64,000 nucleotides of DNA from Trichosphaerium sp. ATCC 40318 (taxonomy: Eukaryota; Protista; Tubulinea): NCBI GenBank assembly GCA_038496445.1, contig JALMLS010000483.1, positions 1 through 64,000 of the forward strand, written 5' to 3'. The notes beneath the pieces are model-generated. The model made no database searches and was not told the origin of the DNA. It saw nothing but the letters and a program-made list of their open reading frames with translations. Shown piece after piece: positions 51,301 to 64,000 of the stretch. Each line of letters begins with the position of its first letter. Position 1 is the stretch's first letter. A program made the position numbers and the translations under genes.

Positions 51301-53301
51301 GTTAAGGCGATGAACGAAGCTCTTAATTTTGACAAACTTTTTTATAAGATACGAGTACAAGCAGCTTCTGCAATGGCAATAGTACGACATCCCTAAATGG
51401 GAAAGAGATTGATATTTTTTTTTGTTTTTTTTTCAACGTTTTCCGTTCTTTCTTCCTTTAATTCTTTCAGTTTTTTCTTATTTTTTGCTGTGGTAGTCAG
51501 GAAAGAATTCTAGAAACAACATACAAAATAAGGTCGCATCAGATTTTATTTTGTCGTACTACAGAGAGAACTATTGTACTGATAATTTACCAAATGCAAA
51601 TGATTTTTCTGATTTTGTTGATTATCATATACGAAAGGTATGTTATCCCTTGTTAACGAAAACCCCATAGACAACTATATCATTTTTTCAAATACTGTCC
51701 CACTTTGTTCCAAAGTGGTATTCCGTTTAGGAAGGAAGATTAAGCAGTGTTTTGTTAAATTTATTTTTCTCAAACAATTTAATCCTATTTTATTCTTACC
51801 AGATTTGTAGGGTATAGTAACTGCCTTGTCCCTTTTATGGGATCCAGAACGAAAATTAACTCATAATGAATCTACTCTACTTCTAGTAGAGATGTTAAAA
51901 AACAACAATAATTCACACAACGCTGTACGCTTTTCAACAACATCTTTTTGTGTTTTTCTTCAAAATAGCAACTTTCTTTGTTCTCATTTTTACATTGTAG
52001 TATGAAGACAATTACTATATAGCTACTGTCATAAGAGCTATAGGAAATATACAAACACATAAAACTACATACGAACCACTTGTAGAGCAACTATATAGAT
52101 ACCTTAGACTTGATACAATGATGCCTTCATATCATAATACTGTTACAGTTGCAGTTTTTGAAGTTTTATCAAAGTGGCTCGCAGAAAAGAAAGCAGAGTT
52201 AAAACCTGATATTTTTAAAGATCATACCAGGTAATACATTACTGCTTCATTCACTTTTGAAGAAAGAACTGCCAAGAAACCTCCAAGAGTCACCGTTTTT
52301 GATCATTCTTGTTTTTTCTTTCTTTTTTTTTTTTTGCGGATCCACAACTCTACCTCTCTCATTGAATGAAGTACCCTTTATTTAATAGTACGAATACTAA
52401 TTTATCAACATAGTACAAAATATCCATATCGAGTCCGTAGTGCAGCAATGAAGGGATTAATTGATTCATCTCTTATTGATGAGTGGTATTATGTAATTGT
52501 TTTTCTCTCAAAAGAAACAGATTTACGCGTTGCCTTGGCAACATGTGAGGCACTTGCAAACGCCGAAAGAGGATACCAAAAGTTTATGGATAATGATGAA
52601 GAAAGCGAACGTATCATTGCAGCCGTTTGGGACCTCATGAAGTGCGTAACAAATGTCGCCTCTTTTTTTCGAAGAAAAAAAACTCTTCAACAACTCTTCG
52701 TTCTCATGCTTTCTTTTTAGCTCTGATATTGGCTCAAGAAGCTTTAATATACGGAAAACATTGATTATTGTATTTCATCGTATGACTGTGAGACGTCAAC
52801 CTGATTTGAAGCTTGATCGTAGACCTATTCTTCCTACTAGACCTATTTCTTCTAAAGATTTTCGACTTATAAACCCTAAACCTGCTCAAGTACGTCTGTT
52901 TGTTCTGAAACCTATCCTCCTTGAGAGACTTAGTATATTTAAGTCCCTTTTAACAAACATACACGAATACCGAACAAGTTGTTCCTAACCATTTAAACAC
53001 CTTTCTCAGAAATCCATTCTCTTTTTTTTCTTTTTTTCTGTTTTCTTGAAAGCTTCGTTCACACTCCTCTGTTCTTCTTGTGTCATTATTTTTCGTACTT
53101 TGTATTGGCTGTTTATATATGTATTAGTACAAGCGAAGAAGGGATGATAGACATATGTATAATACTTATGGTGGTTATAACAATCACCGAGATGAAATGG
53201 GTACGTTGCCTTAACAACTTTTTTTTGTTTTGTTTTTTGTGCTAATGATTTGACAAGATGGTTCTAAAACGAAGTTTAAAAAGTACAGGCGGGATTATTA
53301 A
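48318..53301 (+). CDS. TAF2: TFIID subunit 2 (M1 aminopeptidase-like fold)
   Basis: IRLNCRQC, SWMPCVD, FPYRSYKQVFVD, IIDQMYTTRRKLALALAKQYFG, RVDPNYEW, QPEYMWINQLKQDKDVKAQYEAI, FYKIRV, PNANDFSDF..YH, DTMMPSYHNTVT. Confidence 0.95.
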
Positions 53302-53427
53302 GTTGTGATAATAAGGATAAGAAATAAAGAAATTAAGGTGGTTACGCCAATTTTGTACAAAATCACGTGCATATTAACTAGTTAACAGTTAACAAATGAA
53401 AAAAAAAAAGACAATTGACCTATTATT

Positions 53428-53670
53428 ACCACTGTTGTACCATCTTCCATCTCGACTCAGTGATTCATCAGAATGTGTAATTGCTGCTCTTTTTGATAAT
53501 GTATGGAACATAGTAAACACTTCACATTTGAAAGAGCAATAGGAAGATCCACAGACAAAGAATCATCTGAGCCTTACTAGATCTGTAAACAAGCAAAATA
53601 CACTCTAACTGTATATCCCTGAGCACAAGAGTTGTCAATAATACGTGTCAGAGGTGTTGAAAGTTGTTTA
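53428..53670 (+). pseudogene. Possible decayed coding fragment
   Basis: SSECVIAALFDNVWNIV... with frameshift and stops. Confidence 0.2.
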
Positions 53671-54129
53671 TGTAGTTTCGATATACCTGTTGGCTAACAA
53701 ACTGTGATTTGATCAACAGTCACTGAGAGTACTAAAGCGGCAAGGTTAGGTCAAAGAAGTATGTGGAGTTTACAAAGCTAAAGTGACTTTAAAGTTACTT
53801 ATATAGCGTACCTTGTTGTTATTTGTATTTTTTGTACGTTTGCCTTGCTCAGTAGCCTAAAAAGCAAAGTAACATGAATCTAACTCAAACTTCAAAATAT
53901 TTTTTTTGTTGAAATTCGTTTACGGAATATTGAAATTGAATTTCAAGTTTCTTTGGATGTGTGACTCAACATGAAATTGATTATTAAACAAAGCAGTGCT
54001 ACCATCCTGCCACATTCATTAACAATGCCAACATGATGTTTTTATGGGTATTTACTATTGTTTCTAATAACAGAAATAAAGAAAATAACAAAGAAGGCAA
54101 GAGAAGAAGTGAGAAAAGAAAATCTATTT

Positions 54130-55109
54130 TTATAACAATAAGACTAATACAACTACGATCAATGCCATTGTAACTTTTAAAACAAGCGAAGAAGAAGGTG
54201 GAGCAACAGTAGTAGGTGGTGGGGTAGGCATAATTGGGGCTGCTGTAGTTGCTTCAGTTGGTGCTTCAGTAGTTGGAGGTGGAGTAGGCATAATTGGGGC
54301 TGCTGTAGTTGCTTCAGTTGGCGCTTCAGTAGTTGGAGGTGGGGTAGGCATAATTGGGGCTGCTGTAGTTGCTTCAGTAGGTGCTTCAGTAGTTGGCGGT
54401 GGAGTAGGCATAATTGGCGCTGCTGTAGTTGGTTCAGTTGGTGGTACTTCAGCGATATTAGAGCTTCCTGAAACCCACGTGCATGAATTGCCTCCACTTC
54501 GTTCTGCAACAAGCCACCACTAAAAAAATACGATTGAGTATGAAGATATTTTACCAGTTCGGGAATAGAATAAGTTAACGTACACCCATGGTTACTGTAC
54601 CAGTTCCATTTTCTGGAGCTGTCCACGTGAATGTTATGTCACTGTCCTTTGCTGCTCCATTAACATGGCGAAGAGTACCATAGCAATCAGGAGCAGAAAA
54701 GAGGCTTGTGCTAGTAGAAAGAATAGTAGGTTCAGAAGAATCTATTGTTCCAACAATAAAACCAGATGGCGCACTACCAGTGTAGAAAGAAATTGTTGCT
54801 CCCTACGAACAAAATGACGTGAGTAACAAAGAAAAACAGGCAACAAATTTTCGGAGCTAGCGAAAAAAAAAGACGCACTGTGTAAGTGGCACCGGCGTTA
54901 GCTGTAACAGTGAAAGTGTAATTGGCTTCTGCGACGTATTCTGATATTAGTGGTGTAATTGAAAGACCAGCTACTGGTGCAGGGCTTGTTGAGCACATGT
55001 TCGTGCATATATCCGCACTATTCGATGGACAGATACTTATTTCTCTAGTACTAAAGGCGAGAGATGCTACAAATAAGCATGAGAGGAGAATAATAACTCT
55101 AAAGTTCAT
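54130..55109 (-). CDS. Reeler-like domain surface protein with mucin repeats and probable GPI signal
   Basis: Signal MNFRVIILLSCLFVASLAFS; YVAEANYTFTV, GFIV, GTLRHVNGAAKDSDITFTWTAP; hydrophobic C-terminus with no cytoplasmic tail. Confidence 0.75.
54211..54440 (-). repeat. 60-bp coding tandem repeat (MPTPPPTTEAPTEATTAAPI), about 3.7 copies
   Basis: Near-identical 60-nt periodicity. Confidence 0.95.
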
Positions 55110-56027
55110 TTGGGTTGTTTGAGGAAGCGTTGCGTTATTGGTAACTGGTCACGTGATTTTTAAAAGTACTAGCGCCTCCAGTATTATCTTGTGAACAACC
55201 CGTTCGTTTGGGTATGGGCATATCACGAAAAGGGATACCCAAGCAGAAACATATCATTTCCCAATTCTCCCTTCTTAAGAAATTGTACCCCTAAGAATTC
55301 TAATCCCGTAAAAAGGGTAACGGCTTATCAAGTATAGATAAATCAAAGCTGTTATCATACTATACCCCAAACAGTTCCGACAAAAACAAAGTGATTCGTT
55401 CGAACGCGGACCAGTTTTAGATGCGCTCGGGTAAACGATGTTCCGAAAAAGATGTAATTCTTACTTTTGGTTCACGTGTTTTTCTCCAATGCGTCAAAAT
55501 ACATCACATTGTCTTGGTTGGTATTGTCCCGCGCTACTTATTAAACAGTTCTTTTAACCTATATCTACGACATACCTTACAATTTGTTCGAACAAGAAGT
55601 TTCGTAGTCTTTATGGTTAATTAGGAGGTATTATCACAAACAAGAACCGTTATGACTTTATGATCACATAAATCATATTAATAAAACATACCCAACATGA
55701 TGCGAAACTATAGCTATCAAAAGAAAACCATGTATTCCAAAAATCTATCCTATATTGCGACGAGTCCGGCACGGAACATTAACTCCTGATGGCGCCATGT
55801 TTTAAGAAAAGAATTTCAGAACAATGTAATGCCATAGGCATCACTGGAGTAGGCACTTCGAGAGGTAAGTATTATCTTTTTCCATCAAGACACACAACAG
55901 CTTGTTCTATAAAGATATAAAAACTATCAAATTGATTGATCAATAGTTGTAGTTGCTCATGAGCATCATCAAAAGATATAAATCTGCGAGAACATAATGT
56001 AAAGCATCTCGTTTTTTTTTGTTTCGT

Positions 56028-59000
56028 TTATTCTACAGGCCACTGTTTTGTGTACTCCCAAATAGCAATACTGGCACTAACATGTGCGTTCAGAGATCTG
56101 ACTATACCATATTGAGGAATCTCAACACACTACAGGATAACGTAAGAATAGAAAAACAAAAAACGCAAAAAAAAGTTGGATGTTTTTTGAAACAAATGTC
56201 GATTGCTTAGTTCTTGCTCACAACTCTTCTTTTTTCCGTAAAAATCAAGCGTACCTTATCCATTACACTTATACAATCAGCAGGAACACCTAGTTTTTCA
56301 TTACCGATCAGGAGGATAGTCTTTTTCGGGAAAGAGTAAGATTGCAATTGAACAGAGTCTGAAGTCTGTTCAAGTGCTACTAGAGTATATCCCTCCTTCT
56401 TTTTACCCTTTAGATAACCTACTACTTTATCTGCTGGTACCTAAACAACAATAAGACGGAGGTGTGGAGTTGGGTCGTTAAACAGAGTTTTTGTTCAAAA
56501 GTTTGGTTGAAAAACAAGCACTCACCGCAGTTATAGGCACCCACTCATGTGCAGTTACTGTCACGGTTTTATATTGAGGATCTTTTGTTATGGATAAACT
56601 ATAAGATTGTTATTTTTGTATTATAATCACGTGATTTCAACAAAAGGGTACGATAGTGTTTTTTTTCTTTTACGCATACCTTGATAATACAAGTTCTGAA
56701 GCGCCCATAATCTCACAAGTACGTGTTAATCCTCCCAGATTTGGCATCTTGTTCATTAAGGAAGCAACAACTATTAAATCAGATGATAACCTTGGCTGCA
56801 AGCAAAAAAGTTAGAACTAATCATCTAAACACTCAAGCACTTTTTACCTTATCTCTATTGCTGAATACTAAGTCCTTAGATGGAACATCCCAAGGCACTA
56901 CTTTACGTTGAAACTGAGGAGGTACATCTGACATTTCACCCTCACTAAGAGGTGCTATCTTGAATAACTTCGAAAAAGACGTTGTATCGAAATCCGGAAT
57001 AGAAACCTCTTCAAAGTGTTGTAATCCATCAAACCACTCTGAAGGTATGCGCTCAACAACAGCAGAGAATTTAGTTGCAAATATATCGTATAAGAGTTCG
57101 GTTGAAGGTTGTAAAACAGCTGAAGGCATGTATTGTTCAGAAAAGTGCATTTTTGCTGTTGCTTTAGGAGCCAATTCCTTCATTTGATCTTCAAAGAGCT
57201 TAAGGTGTTGCTGAGTTGATGACGGTAACCTGTGAATAGGATTAGTTAGTACAAGTTTAATTGTAAGATCTTGTAAGTAATAAACAAGCGTACTTATTAA
57301 ATATAGCAGGTGTGTTGCACCAATAAGTGAAGAGTTTAAATAGTTGCATTCTGACATTTGATCTTGGGTTCATTAACCAAGGCAACAGAATAAGTAGCGC
57401 CTTAAAGTTATGAGTCATGAAGTGTATCAACGTGTTTATATAATTAATAAAAACCAGAGAGTGAAGGTACACTTAACACTGTTTCAAGTATAACAGTAGA
57501 CGTGATTATTAAGTTAATGTACCTTATTTAGTTCTGTTACATCCCAATCATCATTGCTTGTTTCAGCAATTCGAGATACACTTCCCATTAATAGAATACA
57601 GTAGACATGATGCATTGGTTGTTTATCAACAATGAGTTCTCTACACATTTGATAAGAAAGGGTTCGTTCAAAAGGGTCTTTTCCGAGTACCTCATGCATG
57701 TGACCAAAAGACTCCAGTGTTTATTTACCAAGATAAACAGAACCAATAAAAATAGTTGCTTAACAGAACGATCAACACCAGAAGTTGTCAATAATGAAAT
57801 GGATTGTGATGCTACTTTAGAAGCTGTTTTAATGTCTAGCGTATTTGATATGTATGAGAGGAATTGAGCAACACGTATCTAATACAAAGATAAGTACGAG
57901 TCACCATGACGATGCTTAAAAAAAAAGTTGCTTGATATTGTTGTTTACCATTGCGCGTTTGTTTAGCGAAGACACTTGCTCAACAAGGTTTGTAGCGATA
58001 GATGATATTAACGTGTTTGCGTAGTTATTATCTTTCTTTTTGAGTTCACTTACAAAGCGACAGGTGTGTATGTGTAGATAAAAGAAGTTCACATGGCTGA
58101 AAAAAAGTTAGTTTCGGAGTTGTTTTTAGAACTAAAATGAAACCCAAGTTTGTTCTTACGCTACTTTGACAGTCTGATCTGGCCTTGATTTTGTTACTTG
58201 TTTTACAGATGGTTGGTATGATATTAGTGAAGTAATGATAGGAGCAAAGTCGTCTAGATATTGATTTTAGACAAGAAACGACATAAAGCAGACGTACATT
58301 TTGTAGGATTGTGTAAAATGTACTCATAGAGCTTATAAGAAAAGTAAGGTAGCGAGCATGACCCTGCATCTAGCTTCAGGAATATATCCGCAAACTAGAG
58401 ACGAAAAAGTTTAGCGTCCTGACAACTAAAATCTCAAATAATGAGCGTAAAAAATCACGTGCCTTTTGAAGTTTGTTATCAACAAATATGTGGTTGACAT
58501 TTTGTGCGAAGACTACATTGATGAAGCCAATAATTTTTCTCATTGACTCATTCTTTGATTCTATTGTTGCTCTCCACGCAAGCTCAATATCATCACAAAT
58601 AATTTGTACGCTATCCTTAGTTTGTTCATCACTGGCTTTAATAGAAAGAAGACACTCATAGCACTTGAACAGCTTCAAGAGTACAGGTGTGTTTAAGCAT
58701 GTATCAATCTCATTTTGTATAATCTCGAATAAGGACTCAAACATTTTCTTGTCTAGAAGACGCCCATTTGATTCCAAAATTCTGTGTATGAGATCAAACC
58801 GTTTTTGTGTTTCTTCAATACTCATACTACAAACAACTTTACTAATGACCTTGAATTAAACAAAGTACCGTGGTAGTTTTGAAAGAATTTCCATTTCTTG
58901 TTTGAAGGTGTCTGCTTTCGCACTAGAATCTGATCTCACAGTCACTAAGCATTCTATGAGGTGGAGTACATCTTTGTTTTTAGGATCTAGGTAGGCAAGG

Positions 59001-60674
59001 TTAAAGGAAATAACAGGTAGTAATAAGCCTTACTATTTCTCATGAGGTCATCTATTAATTCACATAGTGATGAAACCTTTTCTACTTCGTTGTGCTGCAT
59101 CATTGATAGCACTTGAGGTAACCCCTCAAACTGACCCATTCCCATCTCTTTTTTAATTTTCTCAATGGATATATCCATAGAGATAGCGTTGAATACATCT
59201 ATAGAGCATTAGAAACAATTTCGTTTTAATCTAAGAAAAACCTTGTTTGTCATCTCTGTTGGCTAGCGCCTTTCCAATTGCGCTTGTAGGTGCTTCTGAC
59301 TGTATGATATCTTTACACAACTCTATACAATCTTCTCTTGACAGAACTGTACACATTAAGCTATCTAGTGGAATTGCCGAGGAACTGCTACTGCTGGCCA
59401 AGCGAGTGTTTATATAAGCATGAAGCGGAGATTTTTCCGTTTCAGTCTTCTCTGTAAAGCTGCTCAGAAATCCTGAAATTTCCCTCCATGATCGTTGTAG
59501 AGATTCTTCAGGTAGCACTCGCAATAGGGAAACAAGTGATTTGATAGGAACTGAGGGCTTAACCAAATTACACATTATGGACACAATGCACTTAAAAACT
59601 TCATTCTTTTGCTCAAATCGACTTGAGCGACTGTAAGTACTTGTCACGTGATACTAAAAAAATTTTCAAATAGATTTTAGACAATATGTTAGACAACGTA
59701 CTGGGAGTCTGAGTTGTATGCAATAGCAAGTTGCAATGCCCCAATGTCCTTCTCTTGAAGTACTTTTGGAGCCTTGACTTTTGAAAGAAAAGAAAACACT
59801 CCAAGGGTATAGAATAATGAGCATTTAGGTTTTGATGCATGCTGGATTATATCAGATATTATCATTGTGCAGGGGTCCTGTATAAAAAATCATTAGAGGG
59901 AGCTATACTCGCTTAGTTTTTTGTACTTTTTTGGAGATAACAGCAAATGCATTTGTTAAAAAATTCTCCATTCCTGATGCTAAACCGAACGCATACGCTA
60001 TAGAGTACATCTGCGGATTTCCACCATGTAATAGCACCTCTTTATATAATTATTAGACGCAACCGGCGATCCACAACACTCTATTTTTGAATTTTTTGAA
60101 AAAAGCAGTAACATACCAAAAATAATATCACTGCCCAGATGCTCAACGAACAATTCTGCGTTCTTAAAGATATGTGCGAATACATAACGACGTGATGAGT
60201 TGTGTGGCGAACGCAATGCTTTCTTTGCTAGGACAACAGACCATTGACGAGTTTCAGGATTTGATGTTTTAGAGCTTAGTACACTAGCAAAGTACGTCCA
60301 GATGGGAATATAAAGGTGTAGGCTGTTTTGGTCGAGAACTTCGTAAATAAGAACAAAAGCCTTCCAATATGGTTTAGAGCATCCCAAGCATTTTTCCGGC
60401 GCGTTTTCTTGTTCAAAGGTGGCGTGTAGAAGCCTTTTAAGAATATATAGAGCTTTCTTTTGTACTTTGCTCGTATTCGCTACCAGAGCTGTCTATTAGC
60501 TGTTATTTGGCGAAATTGTTGTATTTTATGTACAGATACTGTAGAAACGAATTGAGGGTCATTTTTCGCTGCCGTGACGCTTTGGAAGTTAGAATAATGC
60601 GTTTTAGACTTTACTTACAGCAAGTTATCTGTTTTGTGTTCTAATAACGCGTCAATCCTAGCTTGGATATCCAT
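56028..60674 (-). CDS. TARBP1: tRNA (guanosine-18-2'-O)-methyltransferase, TARBP1/Trm3-like
   Basis: Long helical N-terminal region; FQRKVVPW. C-terminal SpoU domain: [71 protein letters not shown]. Confidence 0.93.
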
Positions 60675-60930
60675 GCGATTAGGGTACACCTTCAAGAGGT
60701 TGTTAACAGTCGTTGGTACAAATATTCAATTGTGGGAAATTTCGCAAAATTTTGGTCTTGCCTGCCATATGCATGACCTTTAGACTCCTCATCAATATTT
60801 TATGAACCCAAAACTTGTCAAATATAGATGAGAGTGAGAACTATGTGGATTAGAGGCCTGTTGACGATGAGGTGGTTTTTGATGGTGAAAGTCGTTATAA
60901 GTGCTTCTTCGTTACTTTTAGCCGTTTACA

Positions 60931-63288
60931 ATGGAATACGCTGTAACTAATATACTAGACCTACCTGGTACGCTTTTCATTAACAACTATCTTTGAATGT
61001 CAACATTTTCTTCAGAACTGCCTTGCGTACTCGTGTTCTCCCATTTGGACTTCAAGGACGTATGTGCATGCGGACAAGTAGTAAAATTATGGCGTAAAAT
61101 TGCTAACAAGGACGTTGTATGGCGTGGATACTGCAAGGTGCGTCACATAGCTGTTTTCGATGCCTAATCATTTATCTACAGACAATGTTCATCAAACCAC
61201 CAGAAGATAACAAAAAAACCTTCAAAACGCTCTTTGAAGAATGGTACGTCCGTTTTGAAACCGTAAATAAATACAACGTGAAACTGACACGTTTTCATCT
61301 CAGGCACCGCTCATTTGGACCATATGCAGGTGTATACCCAAAGGTGAAAGGCCTTTATGACCAATTAATCGCTTGGCTTGAGCTCATGTTTCCAGTACGG
61401 CGAGCTAAACGCGCTTTTTATCAAAATCAAGATTCTTGCTCTTTGTGATGCATTCCATCACCCAGTGTTGATTAAATACTAGGCAGTTATACCTACACTA
61501 ATGGAAGGTGCATCAGAAGCAGAAATAAGCGCTGTAGAACAGATTCTTGGAGATGGTAAGTCCAAACTCTTGTTCAATGATTTCCGCCTTCTAACTTTGC
61601 TAGATTTCGTATTTCCTCAAGATATACGCCTTTTTTATAGACTCGTTGGTGGCCAAATTGCTGCACATGATAACTTGGGCTTATTCGGTAGGTTAAATAG
61701 ACACGTGGGTTGGTGTTGACCCTTGTGATTTTCCTTTTGATTTCGTTTTTATTTTGTTTTAATTGTGTTTTTGTAACTCTTTCTAGGTGGTTACAGCTTC
61801 TATAATTTTGATGTGAATATGCAATTTATGACTTTGAAAATGGTTGCAAATATTACAATGAGAATAAAAGGAGACACACGTTTTGCAACCTTGGTAATGA
61901 AAAAAACCCAAAAAACTCCAATGACTTTTTTTGGTTATCATTCTCGTTATTTTCTTGCTATTGACACCCCTTCTTTTAGCAAAATACTGTTCCATTTGCT
62001 ATGAGTTATAATGGGTTCAAATGGTACACACTCGTTCGTGAACATCACAGCGAATTTAATCGGTACGCACATCCACTATTGATTTAATTGTAAAAAAAAC
62101 CATCTTCAAACGAAGTCTAACTTTTTCTACCTTAGTGGTCAAATCGTTGTACCTGGATTACAAAATCAAGATCTTTGGGGCTTTGCAGATTCTTTCACAG
62201 CGTTCTTACAAGATTACGTTGGCAAGTTAAAGACAGGTATGTCACTTTTAGAGCACAATGTGGTTCAAAAAAAAAGAATAACATAATTTGTTGCCCTCTT
62301 CTGACTCTTTTTTGCCAAAAGGTGTTTATTCGGTATTGGGTGATAGTATAAACTTATTTCCAAGAAAGAATATTCCAACAGCCATGTCAAGAGGCATTAA
62401 AGTAGAAGTACGAGAAAAAAACAAGTTTTTTCTTCTTTCTTTTTGTTTCATCTTCTAACGGTTTTTAAGGCTTCTCCGTTGTTCATACATGAGCGCTCTT
62501 GGCGCCGTGGTAGTGAAAATGACTATTTTTGGAGTTATTCTATTTGCATGTCAATGGTACGCGGACAATTTGAGAAATCTTGCTAATTTGTTCGTATGAA
62601 ACTATTTCAAACGTTTCACGTGTTTTTTGAAATATACTTTGTTTGATGTTTTATAGGGAACTGATGCGGATGCTCAGTGGAAATCTAAGCTTACTACAAG
62701 GCATTGGGTTATTACAGATGGTGACGGAAAAGTAGATGATGTACGAGAGGGAAAACTCTTTGAGATTTTTTATTTGTTTTTTTATCTTTGCTCCTGACAT
62801 AACTTCTTATCGTATCTTGTACTCAACACGTTTTTTTTATTTCTAATGTTTTCCTGTTAAGGTTCAAGGACCTGGTGTCATAGGATTATACCCAGAAATG
62901 AAACCAGGTAAAGAAAGAAAAATCTATCAACTTATTTTGTTGCTAACTTTCAAAAAAAGGGTGTGCTGACTTTAAGTATGAGAGTTGTTGTTCGTTAAGT
63001 ACATCAACTGGAAATATGAGGGTACGGTTCTTACAACACATTCATTACAACTAAAATTTGCTTTTTTTCATCAACTGTTGCTTACAGCAACTAAAATTTT
63101 CACGTAATAAAACGAAGTCAGCTGCTGTTTTGAATGTTTACTTCTTTCTTTTTAATATTTTACGATTATATTTGACTCACAACTTTTAGGGTACATTTCA
63201 GATGAAGAGACTAGCAACTGGTGAACTCTTTGATGTCGAAGTACCAAAATATGAGTTCAAAGTACCAAAGATGTTGTCTGAAAAATAA
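60931..63288 (+). CDS. FBXO3: F-box + SMI1/KNR4 + ApaG protein (FBXO3/SKIP16-like)
   Basis: ILDLPELPCVLVFSHLD F-box; GASEAEISAVE..FPQDIRLFYRLVGGQ..GLFGGYSFY; YFWSYSICM, KLTTRHWVITD, VQGPGVIGLYP, FKYESC, GNMRGTF. Confidence 0.9.
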
Positions 63289-63499
63289 AAATGCACATAC
63301 CTTTGCCGAAACCACCAAAGCTTAATCATCAAAACCACAACACAGCCATTTCGTTTATAATACCCCAACCTTAAACAATTGTATGCTACACAGACTTGCA
63401 CGTGAAGATGCGTATAGTATTCTTTTTTGTCTGATAATCACTTGTGACTAAGTGTAGACTCTACGTCTATAATGCGATAAGGACTAACCAGGATCTAGC

Positions 63500-63730
63500 C
63501 ATCTAGTTCATAAAATCAGCACAGGAGGAGGTAGTAGTTCCAGGTTGCAGAGCTCTCATCTCTCAATGTCATAAACTATACAAATTTTTTTACACAACGT
63601 AAATTTCTTTACATCTTTTGGTACTTTTAAGATGAGAGCCTGTGCACTAGCTGCTTGTTTATACAAATGGAAAATATCTGTTTACAACTCCTCAACAACA
63701 TGAACATACCAACTGACGCTTCACTATTAA
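63500..63730 (-). pseudogene. Coding-like fragment with internal stop, near window end
   Basis: YVHVVEEL*TDIFHLYKQAASAQALILKVPKD followed by a GT donor. Confidence 0.2.
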
Positions 63731-64000
63731 GTAGAAAACCAGTTTTAAAAGCACTCATTTTCTTCGTTTTTATTTGCGGCCCGATTTCGCTCTAACAATC
63801 ACTCGATTTCTGTTTAAATCTGTTGAAACAAAGGTGTAAACGGCCATTAGCACGAGAGTGAGGCAAAGAGCAAACAAAATAGAATAGTGCCAACTATACG
63901 TCAGAAAAAAGAAGTTATTAGTTCGTTGCACGTTTTGCGAACCAAAACATCGCAGATAAGGTTCCAATGTGTGCAAATAGCTATCACGAGCCTTTAATAG

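Noticed and set aside
1-64000. Stop-codon reassignment or selenocysteine to explain fragmented ORFs
   Set aside because: Conserved genes (TAF2, TARBP1, FBXO3) are restored by ordinary splicing, and all three stops are used as terminators.

Overview
Gene-dense, AT-rich, intron-rich eukaryotic nuclear DNA using the standard code, with short GT(A/G)(C/A)GT...CTAAC...AG spliceosomal introns. The gene content (Zn2Cys6 factors, ROCO, Reeler/mucin surface proteins, F-box LRR and MORN genes) suggests a free-living amoeba-like protist; this assignment is an inference. All gene models were spliced by hand, so outer boundaries are approximate. Recognisable genes: TAF2, TARBP1/Trm3, an FBXO3/SKIP16-like F-box-SMI1-ApaG gene, a JmjC/zinc-finger/PWWP-like chromatin protein, two Zn2Cys6 transcription factors, a 2OG-Fe(II) oxygenase, an ankyrin-RGS protein, two inverted Rab-like paralogues, two F-box LRR genes, a MORN-repeat gene, and several secreted, surface or mitochondrial hypothetical genes. 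Most notable observations: (1) a large fusion of pseudo-Rho, Roc-COR, PARP-like ADP-ribosyltransferase and receiver-like domains, flanked by two F-box LRR genes (candidate immunity locus); (2) a duplicated ~165-nt structured non-coding element with conserved upstream motifs that matches no RNA family I recognise; (3) a pair of Rab-like GTPases lacking both the catalytic Gln and prenylation cysteines, with partial gene conversion; (4) at least four GC-AG introns and strong window-wide CACGTG enrichment.
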